The notes: generated by a model from the sequence alone, not told the origin. 33,264 nucleotides of DNA from Candidatus Zhuqueibacterota bacterium (GCA_016927835.1 JAFGMA010000148.1:1-33264), one strand, 5' to 3'. Positions 1-9,489 are shown, counted from the first letter of the stretch. A program made the numbers and translations.

Positions 1-180
1 GAAGTAATTTTTCTGAAAAAGTCAAGCTATTTTTTCGATGTTGCTGAAATTTAACATTTCACGCACCGGAGATTCTAAACTATAGTTGGCTTAATAAAAA
101 TACACAAATTCAGCAAAAATGCTGGCAGAATAAAATTGTACCGATTGGGCTGGATTTCTTGCTGAGTCAGGCACACGACT

Positions 181-217
181 TGAGCCTCCAAATATATTTT
201 TGGGGGCTTTTTATTTT
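181..217 (+). terminator. Putative intrinsic terminator for an off-window upstream + strand gene
   Basis: A 7-bp stem agcctcc / gggggct (one G-U pair) with a 12-nt AT loop, followed by ttttatttt. Confidence 0.35.
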
Positions 218-409
218 GAAGGGAATTTTGATATTTTTAAAAAGCGAAAACTTGACCGGGATGGCAATGGCTGGAGATTGGAATAAGAGTATCCACCCAA
301 TTTAATATGGTAAATTTCACAATTTTTGCCCTCATCCTCAGCCCGGCATCGTTGGATTGCTAATGCCACCAACAGGTACCGGATTCAAATAATAACCAGT
401 GAGATAAAA

Positions 410-1843
410 ATGCCGCAAAAACCAAACATATTGCTCATCCACGCAGACCAACATCGCTTCGATTGCCTCGGTGCCTACGGCAATATCGATATTCGCACTC
501 CGAACATCGATAGCCTGGCTGCCGACGGCGTGGTGTTCGAAAACAGCTTTTGCCCGTATCCGATATGCACTCCGTCGCGATACTCTTTGCTGACGGGACT
601 GTACGTGCATCAACATCTTGGTTTCACGAACCGGAGCACGATCCCCGCCGGATTCCCGACTTTGCCCCGCCAACTCAAGCCGCAGGGTTACAAGACCGCT
701 GCTGTGGGCAAAATGCACTTCACTCCCACGTACCTGGATGTGGGATTCGACAGCATGTTTCTGGCGGAACAGTGCGGCGCCGGTCGGTACGATGACGATT
801 ACCATCGATGGCTGCAATCGGAAGGACTGTGCGATCGCATTGACCTCATTGACCAGGAAGCGGAATTCCGAAAGGATGCCCCGCCCGAATACTGGCAAAC
901 GTTCGGTGCGATGCCGTCCAATCTCGATGAAAGCCACCATTCAACAACCTGGATCGGGAATCACGCGGTTGAGGTGATCCACGATTGGGAGCAAGGAGGC
1001 AATTTCCTCATGGTCGGCTTCATCAAACCGCATCATCCGTTCGATCCACCCGTTCCGTGGGACAGGATGTACCATCCCGGTGAACTCACGCTCCTTCCCG
1101 GATGGACCGAAAAACTGATTCATGGCGATGACGGCAGCGGCTACTTCCCTTTCGGTGAGCTTTCCGAAACGCAGCTTCGTCGCGTCATGGCGCTCTACTA
1201 TGCTTCAATCTCGCAAATCGACTTTCATGTCGGCAAAATGATAGAGCGATTAGAGGACAAAGGATTGTATGACAGGACGATTATCGTTTACACGAGTGAC
1301 CACGGGGAATACCTGGGGTACCATCACCGGCTCCTCAAAGCCTATCGCATGCTGGAACCACTGGTTCGGATTCCGCTCATCATCAAGTTCGCCGGCAAGG
1401 GCAATTCGGGAGGTCGGGATGCGCGCCTGGTGAATAATGTGGATGTTGCCCCGACGCTGTTATCGGCAGCGGGTATTTCGATTCCGGAGACGATGACCGG
1501 TCTGGATTTGACGGATGCATGCGCCGAAAACGACTATGTTTTTGCGGAAGACAGCAAAGAATACATGGTTCGGTCGAAGACGAGAAAACTTTTGCTCCAT
1601 CGGGATCTGCAGCAGTCAATGTTTTTCGATCTCACCCGGGATGCTACAGAAATGAATAACCTGTACACTCACAGGGCGCACCAGGAGGAAATCAGGCAAT
1701 ACCGCGACGTGCTGCTGGAGTGGATATTATTTCGTAATCGCGCGACCAACCACCTTGATATGGCAGCGCCCCAATGCCGGGCGCAAAACGTGCCGAAAGA
1801 AGCCGGCAAGCTCTATGCGTACTTCAAGAAACAGATGGCATGA
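410..1843 (+). CDS. Sulfatase (arylsulfatase family, Cys-type formylglycine site), apparently cytoplasmic
   Basis: Begins MPQKPNILLIHADQHRFD and carries the CTPSR signature (PICTPSRYSLLTG). It has a GKMHF Lys/His motif and a SDHGEY metal site. The ATG at 410 gives a protein with no signal peptide. The ORF track's 326 start is a TTG with no RBS. Confidence 0.85.
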   Translation: MPQKPNILLIHADQHRFDCLGAYGNIDIRTPNIDSLAADGVVFENSFCPYPICTPSRYSLLTGLYVHQHLGFTNRSTIPAGFPTLPRQLKPQGYKTAAVGKMHFTPTYLDVGFDSMFLAEQCGAGRYDDDYHRWLQSEGLCDRIDLIDQEAEFRKDAPPEYWQTFGAMPSNLDESHHSTTWIGNHAVEVIHDWEQGGNFLMVGFIKPHHPFDPPVPWDRMYHPGELTLLPGWTEKLIHGDDGSGYFPFGELSETQLRRVMALYYASISQIDFHVGKMIERLEDKGLYDRTIIVYTSDHGEYLGYHHRLLKAYRMLEPLVRIPLIIKFAGKGNSGGRDARLVNNVDVAPTLLSAAGISIPETMTGLDLTDACAENDYVFAEDSKEYMVRSKTRKLLLHRDLQQSMFFDLTRDATEMNNLYTHRAHQEEIRQYRDVLLEWILFRNRATNHLDMAAPQCRAQNVPKEAGKLYAYFKKQMA

Positions 1844-2059
1844 CGTGAGAGCATACTTAATCACGGCTATCGTGCGTTTGAAACCGAATTCCGGATTTTG
1901 GGAGCAGGTGAGTATCTCCCGGTAAACAACATAATCATTCATATCCCTGGTAATCCCTCAGTCACTGCTTCGCAAACTCCAGATCGGGGAAGCACAGAAG
2001 TATTGCAAACCATGAAAAGAACCAATAACTGAAGCATTACAGTAATTCTTCAAAAGTTA

Positions 2060-2088
2060 TTGCATTTTTTGTGATAAAGCAGTATATT
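2060..2088 (+). promoter_or_regulatory. Sigma70-like promoter for the SPFH gene
   Basis: TTGCAT at 2060-2065, a 17-nt spacer, then TATATT at 2083-2088. The RBS ccggagg lies 6 nt before the ATG at 2138. Confidence 0.4.
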
Positions 2089-2137
2089 TACCCGCAAAAC
2101 TCTCTCCTCAACTCATCGTAATACCGGAGGTTCAGCC

Positions 2138-3106
2138 ATGCTTACATGGGGCATTATCGGGGGCATACTCATCATTTTCATCGGATTTGCAATCTGGTTT
2201 TTTGAGCGGAAACAGCCGGCTCAACTTGTCCTGATTGAGCGCAAGGGTGAGGTATCGGTTTGGAAACGCGCCTTTTACCCGAAGCCGCTTTGCCTCGTTC
2301 TGCCGGCAACAGTGCGATCTGTGGCGACTGAGGTAAAAACCCAGGCGAAAGGCAAGATCGATGCAGCGGTGAAACTGGTTGTTACGTTCTATGCGGATCC
2401 CGAAAATATTGCGCATCTGATTCGCATCGGCGGTTGGTCGAAAGAGGCGCCGGGTAAAGTTGAAAAAGAGCTTGCAGGTACATTACAGGGTATTGTGGGC
2501 GAAATCGTGGAACCACTGGAAATTACAGAAATAACGCGTGAAACCATCGCCAAAAAAGTAAAAGCCCGACTGGATACGATTTCCCAAAATTTCGGCATTC
2601 AGATTACCGCAGTAACCGTAACCAGCGCCGAAGCCCTTGAACCTAAAATCGTTGAAGCCATCAGACAACGTGAAGAAGCGCGAATTCTGGAAGAAACCGA
2701 AAAATCTGTTCAAACCAGTCGGATTGCGCGCGCTGAAATGAAAGCCAGCGCCGACCAAAAAATAGCCGAAGCCGAGCACCACACTGCTATGAAAAACTAT
2801 AGCTTGCGAAAAATTCAGGAAGAAGAAGCTGCAATACTGGCAAAAGCGGCTGTGGCACAACAAACCGAACGGCGTCAGATGGAACTCGAAATCGAAAAGC
2901 ACGAAGTGGAAATACTTGCTCAAAATCCGTCATTGCTCTTGCTCGCGCCCCAATTAACCCGACTGACCGAAGCCAGCCAACAACTTAAAAACGCTGAAAC
3001 GGTGATTACACTTTCCTCGGATTTGTTAAATAAATTGCCCGCGCCAATCCAGCAAATACTCAGCGCAATGAAAACCGATTCAAAAGCGAATGAAGCGGAA
3101 GAATGA
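2138..3106 (+). CDS. SPFH/band-7 (flotillin-like) membrane protein
   Basis: An N-terminal TM helix (WGIIGGILIIFIGFAIWFF) is followed by a ~170-aa globular region. The C-terminus is a long Ala/Glu/Lys/Gln-rich coiled coil (EAEHH..EEEAAILAKAAVAQQ..ELEIEKHEVEIL), which is flotillin/YqiK-like architecture. The family call rests on architecture, not on a recognised signature motif. Confidence 0.5.
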   Translation: MLTWGIIGGILIIFIGFAIWFFERKQPAQLVLIERKGEVSVWKRAFYPKPLCLVLPATVRSVATEVKTQAKGKIDAAVKLVVTFYADPENIAHLIRIGGWSKEAPGKVEKELAGTLQGIVGEIVEPLEITEITRETIAKKVKARLDTISQNFGIQITAVTVTSAEALEPKIVEAIRQREEARILEETEKSVQTSRIARAEMKASADQKIAEAEHHTAMKNYSLRKIQEEEAAILAKAAVAQQTERRQMELEIEKHEVEILAQNPSLLLLAPQLTRLTEASQQLKNAETVITLSSDLLNKLPAPIQQILSAMKTDSKANEAEE

Positions 3107-3218
3107 GCAAAAGGTAACTTTTGCACTCCGTGAATGTAAAGGGAGAGATTCAGTTAAGGCAAAATCGACTGTTCGCGTACCGCACGCATAACGCAAGAAT
3201 TAGCATAACCAATTAAAC

Positions 3219-6200
3219 ATGAGCACTCCAGATCATCCAGAAAGCCAATTCGAAGCCCGATTCGGATTGAAGCATACGCCAACGGGCAAGGTTGCAGAAA
3301 TCAGCAAAGCCACCGCAGAATCCGATTGCCCCCCGAAAGAGCGTATTAACCTGCACATCGGAAATCCGGTCCAGCACATTCGCCTCGATGAACGCTACGC
3401 AGAATTGGTTTTCGGAAATGCGCTGAAACAATTCAAAGGACTGATCTGGTCCGAGCGCCAACAGCGACTGATCGAAACGCAAACCAGTCCGGTTCGCGGC
3501 AAGCTGCTGAAATTGATATTCGATACCATCGAAAAAGCCAACCCGTACATGCCCCAGGGTGGATACACTCCCCAAAAGCCAGGTACGTTGATCAAGCAGG
3601 TTCATGCATGGCTCACGCAAAGCCAGGATGAATCGCTGGAATATAGCATCGGTGCCGAGGCGGATCGACCCGAAGTTGCCATCACCAGCGGCGGAAGGAC
3701 TGAAGCGCTGAAACTGCTGCTCCAGGTGATTGAGGAAAATTTAAAAAGCCCTGACAAAAACCTTGTCTCCCTGGAAATTCCGCTCTCCGCATGCACAACA
3801 CGAACGTATAGCGGCAACATTACGTTGCTTGAAGGCACCGAAACCGACCTGCTGAAACAACTCGATCTCCTGGTTTCGAATCCGCAAACACATATCGGTT
3901 TTGTCTTACTTCATAAAATTTATTCAAAAGAATTCCGCCGGGAGTGCGGGGCACTCGCCGTGCGCAAAAACCTGATGCTGGTTGAGGCGAATGATGCCGC
4001 GAATTTTTACTCCCTTGCCAGAAGCCCGGGGATGGCGCAGCGCCTGTTGCGCGTCGTTACGCCGCAAGCTATTGATAAGCGCCTTGGGAACAGCTCAATC
4101 ACGTTTGTGCTGGGCAACGCGCTCTATATCGAAGCGCTGAATCTGTTGCATTTCCTGAAAAAAGGCACGCCTTCTGCCACTGAAGTCAAACTGCTCAGCT
4201 TTTTGCTGAATGACAGGGGATGTCTGGATGAACCACTATGGCGCGACCTGACAGCGCAGCACGGGGCAGCCTATTCGAAACCGCCAGAATTCGAAAACGC
4301 CCTCCGGATTCCGGGGCAACGTCATCCCGGTGTCCCCGATTTTGAACGCATCACCCACGCCCTATCGGGACTCTCATCACGAACCGGGGAGAATATTACC
4401 AGATTAGCCCGATCGGCTGAAAATTTAGGCGGCGATTTTGCGCGCCGGGCGGAAGTCATTTCCAGGAAAATTTTCAAGGACATCCATACGGACTTCTTCG
4501 GCGGGAAATCGAGTTGGGAAGTTATCGAAAATTTTTTCCTGAATTTGAATTCAGTACCGTTTTTAAAACAGCTTGAAGAGGCGTTTTTGGCGCAATTTAC
4601 AAAAGTGCATCCGGAATTCGATCCTTCGAATACCATTTCCCTGAGCGGATCGGCGCGCACAGCGCTCAGTTCAGCCGCCGAAGCCTGGCACCTGAGAGAA
4701 GCGATCATCCCTGATTTGAGTTGGACAATCGGCGACGCTATCCCCAATGTTACGGCTGTGCCGTTGAATGACGATTTATCGATTTGCGCTGATGGCATCA
4801 TTCAAACCATCTCGGCAAAAATCGATTCCGATCCCGACTGGCTCAACACAGGCTGTGTGGTGTTGAATAATCCGCATAATGCTACCGGAAAAATAACTCC
4901 GGAAGCCGAAATCGAAAAAATTCTCGTTTTTTGCCTGTCACGCGGGATCACCGTCATCGATGATTTATCGTATTCGAATGTGATCATCGCGGATCGGTCA
5001 GAACGAAACAAGCGCTTTCCGGTGAAAAATTGCCGTCAACTGACGAACCAATTGATTGCCAGGGGATATTTGCCACGAGATGCTTTTCGAACATTAATCA
5101 CGATTCGATCAATTTCGAAGACCGATTGCAAAGCCGGCGCCCGCCTGTGCGTGGTTGAAATCCCGGACAGGGCAATGCGCGAGGATTTTTTGAAAATCAC
5201 CGCCGAAATCGAGCCGAACCGGATGGCATTGCTGCTGTCATACTTGTTTTATCGAAACGGGCTAGATTTGCTGGAAGCATTCTGGGCGGAACGCGATCAA
5301 ATCATGTGGGAACGCATGCAGGCGCTGCTGATCGGCATCAATGACATTCCAGCCAGTGACAATCCGTACAGCATCCGGTTGATGCCTCCCCAGGGTGCGA
5401 TGTACCCGCATCTCATCGTGGATAAATTGCCCCCAAATGTGAATGTCGATGATCTAAGCACGAATTTAGCTGTCAGCGGCATCGGTCTCATCCCCATGAC
5501 CAATTTCGCCCGTACCGAATCCAGTTTTCACTTTGCCACTCGCGCATTCCGCTTGACCCTTGGCGGAGATAATGATCCATCCCGGTTGAAAAAACAGACC
5601 GCACGTCTCGTGGCGGAATTGACAACTTCAATCCAGCAGATCGCGTATGATTATACCCTGCATTCAACGGCAAAGCATGAAAACGCAGCTTTCAGCGTCT
5701 CACACCCCGGTGCAGATTTATTTCTTCGTGAGTGCAAAACCGGGTTCGAAATGTATTGGAACAAGATCGAGTCCCTCGCCAGGCAACGTATCGATTCTAT
5801 CTGGCTACCGTGGGAGCGCAAGCAACAGCATTGGGGCAGCAACAAGCATGATTTTTTATCGATTTATTTGCCCACCCGCAAATCTGTTATTTTGAGCAAA
5901 TTGGAAGATTACGCGAGGCTGACCGGAAACTTGCGCGAAAATTTCGCCTCGATTCCATTTCAAAAAAGGATTTTGAATCGATTTTGTCATGAAATTGAGC
6001 CTTCTTCTGAATCGATCCGGCGGGATCAATTCCAAACGCGGTTGTTCGATCGGACAGTTCACCCCACACAGGTGTATGCACTGGCACTTGAAAAATCGAT
6101 TTCAGAAATCATTGACGCAATTATAAACAAAAATGGTGATTCACTCCCGTCACCATCGCACCTGCTCAGACAATTGCAACTCGAATACATGGGTGAAAAC

Positions 6201-8933
6201 ATCGCCATCAAATCGGCAGAAGAAGCTGAAGAAGCAATCCACGATCTCGATCTGATTTCCCTGGTCGAGGATTATAGCCATTATTTTTATGGTGCGGATT
6301 TGAATTTAATATTATCGCTCTGGGGTGATTGGGATGGCAGTCAACGCCCAAGTGGTCAGGGACATACATTGGTGGCAGCCACACTGATTGCAAATGTATT
6401 GCGGCTTAGCGACCTGGTGCGCTTCATGGATGAATTGGGAATTTTGAGCGCCTCAGCGCGCCACATCCTGAATGAAATCGGTGCGATTGAAAAAAAGATT
6501 CAGAAATTTATCGAAATACTGGATAATATCACCAAATTAACCACAGAGTTGGAAGCGCGAATTCGCAAACATCTGGATGCGTTGGAACCGCCCGGGCGAA
6601 TGCTCAGAACCTTGCGCAAGCTCGGATTGGCGCGCGATCCCATACAGGTCGTATGGAAACATAATGACCGCAACGAACGGCGGATGCAAGCCTATCGCCG
6701 CGAACGCTCGACCGAAATACTGCGCTTCTTTAAAATCAATTATCAGCTTTGCGGAGAGATACAGCGTCTCATTCCGCACATCGAGCAGCACCTGCACCAG
6801 CCGGAGCTCCTCGAAAAGCTGGCGACGTATAAAAATCCGTTGAAGCGATTCTATCTGACACCTCGAATTCATCAGAAAATTATCACTTCGAAAGATCCGT
6901 TTACGATTGATACCACGGTCTACAACCTGGTTGAAATCAATAAAATGGGCGCGCAATTCGGTCATCCCGGACTCGTTCTCAGCCTGCAAGTGAGTATGAC
7001 CAATCGTGCCGATGCGATTATCAGGCTGGATAAAAAATTGCGCGATGAATGGGAACGGGTAAACCGCGAAAATCCGTCGATTCAACCGACACACATTCGC
7101 ATTGTACCGCTGTTCGAAGAAATCGAAATCCTTCAAAATCTCGAGGCGTTTCTCGATGAAATCTGGAATTATGCCCATGAGAGCAAACGCCTGGAACAAT
7201 CGATCCCGGATCGATTTTGTGAAATCATCGGCGAATTTTTCATCGCCGGATCAGACCTCAGTCAGCAGGTCAGTCAGACACAAGCGCTGGTGCTCTTCAA
7301 GCAGGCAAAAGCGTGTTTGAATACGTATTTATTGAAAAAAGGACTGGCAGGTCGAATACGTATAAAATTCGGAAGCGGGGAATCGGCACAGCGCCAGGGC
7401 GGCTATTTTGATCCGTACGCAGCGAAAAAAGCACTCCAATTGCCCGATACACACACCATAATAGACCAATTGCATGTTGACGGTTTCACGGCTGCCGCAC
7501 TGCAACAGGCGCGCTCACCTCTCAACGGGATTTTCAGCTCGAGCGACTTTCGAACGTTTCAATCGAACCTGGTGGAGAATTTGCGGCAACTCCCGGCAGA
7601 TGCCCTGGTAAATATGTTTCATCACCTTCGAACCACCCAGGCGACTTACGAGAGCGCCATCCAGAATGTGACACATACGTATTGGGGATCTCGACGCCGG
7701 CTGCAAGAGGAAATGCACACCCAATTGAATTTGCTCATGCAAGGCAGGCTCTCGCCGATTTACCTTGAATTTGCGCAACTGGTACAAAAAAATTTCAAAC
7801 ACATTCTTTATGGCAGCGCCGAAGACATGGCTGGGATCCATGCTATTTCCCTCTTCCTCTCGCGTGCGCTGCTGTCTGTTCGAGATCGACCCACGGTGCG
7901 TCCCACCAAAGAAACCGGTGAAGATCGCGGACGCCAAATCGTTGAACGACTATCCGGAACCCTGCCATTGAGCGAGCATGGCACGTTGCTTCGCGCCATT
8001 GGTCATAATAAAGCCCAGACAATGCTTCTGGCGATTAACCAACTCACAACGGGTCTGTTTCGCGCCATGCGAGAATTCCTCGGACAGGCAGGCAATCGTG
8101 ATGAACAAATCTTCAAGCTGCAAAAAGAAATCTTGCCGCATTTGCCCGTCAGGGATATTTTAAACACGCTCAGGTTGTACCACGCGCCAGATTTGCCTTA
8201 CCTGCGCATGGTCGAGTCGGCTTTCCCGCCCGGCAACAGCAGTATCAAGCTTTTATATGAGGAGCAGCGCGTCATGGGCGACTTGATACCGTACCTGCAG
8301 GAAGAATTGCTCCGCAGAAATGGGCTGGCAATGCTCACCAGGCATCGCACTCAAACCAGCATACTGGCACCAGAGGCGCTGCGCGCGATTCGCGCCGATC
8401 TGGCAGTCCTGCTGCAGCCGAATATCTTCAATACCGATATCCGCGAGCTTTTCGGAGAGCATGGCATTTCGGATGGGCGGTTAAAGGGTATGCGGCTGGA
8501 ATTGGAAAAACGGAAAATTATCGCAGCGACCCAATCCCAAATCTGGCAGCTTATCAAAGAGCCGATTACGGAACAAATTTACAGCTTTTTTGAACTGGCA
8601 CAAGCGATTAAAGCGCTGCGAATAGAGGGAAAAATTGGGCATCCCCGACTCAATATTGTCTCGCGCAGCCAGGTAAGTCGGCTGGGATCGGAAGTCAGCC
8701 GAATGTTGCGCAATGTGGCGGATGACAGCATGCGACAATTCCTGATCTCTGCTGTGCAGTATTTGCTCTATCTGCCTGAAACAGTGGAGGATATTCCCGA
8801 AGCCGTACTCATCGCCCTGCGTGACGTTCAAAAAATTCTCAGCCTTGACGAACAAGCTGTCAGCCGGCAGGATCAAAGTTATTTGCAATACCTCTTTTTG
8901 AAAATTGCCCGAATCGGCGGGGATTGCGGTTGA
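3219..8933 (+). CDS. Giant 1904-aa cytoplasmic multidomain protein: degenerate aminotransferase-like module, PLP aminotransferase fold-type-I module, and a C-terminal region with a PEPC-like motif block
   Basis: A 5.7-kb ORF with no interruption. aa 43-240: INLHIGNP, AITSGGRTEAL, VSNPQTHIG, YSKEF (AspC-like motifs, incomplete). aa 470-650: TALSSAAEAW, VVLNNPHNATGKIT, ITVIDDLSYSNVI, SISKTDCKAGARLCV (NPxNxTG / D / SxSK-x5-GxR, the PLP-lysine motif set). aa 1255-1400: QVSMTNRAD..VPLFEEIEILQNLEAFLDEIWNY..FIAGSDLSQQ..IRIKFGSGESAQRQGG. This is colinear with the PEPC motifs ISMA..SD, VPLFETxxDL, GYSDSxKD and FHGRGGxxGRGG, but the Lys and His are replaced. Confidence 0.8.
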   Translation: MSTPDHPESQFEARFGLKHTPTGKVAEISKATAESDCPPKERINLHIGNPVQHIRLDERYAELVFGNALKQFKGLIWSERQQRLIETQTSPVRGKLLKLIFDTIEKANPYMPQGGYTPQKPGTLIKQVHAWLTQSQDESLEYSIGAEADRPEVAITSGGRTEALKLLLQVIEENLKSPDKNLVSLEIPLSACTTRTYSGNITLLEGTETDLLKQLDLLVSNPQTHIGFVLLHKIYSKEFRRECGALAVRKNLMLVEANDAANFYSLARSPGMAQRLLRVVTPQAIDKRLGNSSITFVLGNALYIEALNLLHFLKKGTPSATEVKLLSFLLNDRGCLDEPLWRDLTAQHGAAYSKPPEFENALRIPGQRHPGVPDFERITHALSGLSSRTGENITRLARSAENLGGDFARRAEVISRKIFKDIHTDFFGGKSSWEVIENFFLNLNSVPFLKQLEEAFLAQFTKVHPEFDPSNTISLSGSARTALSSAAEAWHLREAIIPDLSWTIGDAIPNVTAVPLNDDLSICADGIIQTISAKIDSDPDWLNTGCVVLNNPHNATGKITPEAEIEKILVFCLSRGITVIDDLSYSNVIIADRSERNKRFPVKNCRQLTNQLIARGYLPRDAFRTLITIRSISKTDCKAGARLCVVEIPDRAMREDFLKITAEIEPNRMALLLSYLFYRNGLDLLEAFWAERDQIMWERMQALLIGINDIPASDNPYSIRLMPPQGAMYPHLIVDKLPPNVNVDDLSTNLAVSGIGLIPMTNFARTESSFHFATRAFRLTLGGDNDPSRLKKQTARLVAELTTSIQQIAYDYTLHSTAKHENAAFSVSHPGADLFLRECKTGFEMYWNKIESLARQRIDSIWLPWERKQQHWGSNKHDFLSIYLPTRKSVILSKLEDYARLTGNLRENFASIPFQKRILNRFCHEIEPSSESIRRDQFQTRLFDRTVHPTQVYALALEKSISEIIDAIINKNGDSLPSPSHLLRQLQLEYMGENIAIKSAEEAEEAIHDLDLISLVEDYSHYFYGADLNLILSLWGDWDGSQRPSGQGHTLVAATLIANVLRLSDLVRFMDELGILSASARHILNEIGAIEKKIQKFIEILDNITKLTTELEARIRKHLDALEPPGRMLRTLRKLGLARDPIQVVWKHNDRNERRMQAYRRERSTEILRFFKINYQLCGEIQRLIPHIEQHLHQPELLEKLATYKNPLKRFYLTPRIHQKIITSKDPFTIDTTVYNLVEINKMGAQFGHPGLVLSLQVSMTNRADAIIRLDKKLRDEWERVNRENPSIQPTHIRIVPLFEEIEILQNLEAFLDEIWNYAHESKRLEQSIPDRFCEIIGEFFIAGSDLSQQVSQTQALVLFKQAKACLNTYLLKKGLAGRIRIKFGSGESAQRQGGYFDPYAAKKALQLPDTHTIIDQLHVDGFTAAALQQARSPLNGIFSSSDFRTFQSNLVENLRQLPADALVNMFHHLRTTQATYESAIQNVTHTYWGSRRRLQEEMHTQLNLLMQGRLSPIYLEFAQLVQKNFKHILYGSAEDMAGIHAISLFLSRALLSVRDRPTVRPTKETGEDRGRQIVERLSGTLPLSEHGTLLRAIGHNKAQTMLLAINQLTTGLFRAMREFLGQAGNRDEQIFKLQKEILPHLPVRDILNTLRLYHAPDLPYLRMVESAFPPGNSSIKLLYEEQRVMGDLIPYLQEELLRRNGLAMLTRHRTQTSILAPEALRAIRADLAVLLQPNIFNTDIRELFGEHGISDGRLKGMRLELEKRKIIAATQSQIWQLIKEPITEQIYSFFELAQAIKALRIEGKIGHPRLNIVSRSQVSRLGSEVSRMLRNVADDSMRQFLISAVQYLLYLPETVEDIPEAVLIALRDVQKILSLDEQAVSRQDQSYLQYLFLKIARIGGDCG

Positions 8934-9489
8934 GAATTATTCTTTCGATTAACGGAGCCGAGTGAATCAACATCCGGCTTCCTGCTGGCGATCCTGCGGT
9001 ATTCCCGCAGCAAAAATTTCAATTCTCGACATCAGATGGCTCCAACGGAATCATTTGCATTTGAAATGCCGGAATTTATTTCTGAGAAATGAAAGCAGAT
9101 TAGCAGTGAAGCAAAGTACCGGGGATGATGGATGAGAAAATAGTAAAAAAGCGAAACGCGAATCAGGCTAACCGGATCTTTATTCAGGATTTATAGCGTA
9201 CAGGTCATCGCAAATTCGCCCGCCTTCACAAGCGCAGTCACTGTGACGAACCTTCGGCGATCCTAACATTTAGGAGGTGGGATAAAATAAATTACCCATT
9301 TAAATTTCTTAAGTTGCTATGTATAAATACTATTTTTAAGCAAAATGTCCAGGTTATTTAATCCCAACTCCTCAACGTGAATCAGGCAATTTCGATAGAA
9401 ATGTAAGCCTGAATTTCAAACCAGTTGCCTGAATAACTGTCATAAAGATCAAACAGATTTTCCAGAGCTTCGGAAAAAATCGAGCGCAT

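Noticed and set aside
338-977. ORFs 338-940 (-), 550-795 (+) and 618-977 (+) overlapping sulfatase 1. Likewise 6537-7199 (-), 7515-7937 (-), 19806-20126 (+), 25903-26496 (+) and 32297-32920 (+)
   Set aside because: These are antisense or alternate-frame ORFs inside long, motif-supported genes, with no start-site signals.
3219-8933. Calling the giant protein a bona fide phosphoenolpyruvate carboxylase
   Set aside because: Only a ~150-aa motif block is PEPC-like. The catalytic Lys/His/Arg are substituted, and the N-terminal PEPC half (TAHPTE region) is absent.
8989-9012. Hairpin ctgcgg-tattc-ccgcag downstream of the giant gene as its terminator
   Set aside because: A 6-bp stem with no U-tract on either strand. 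Too weak to call.
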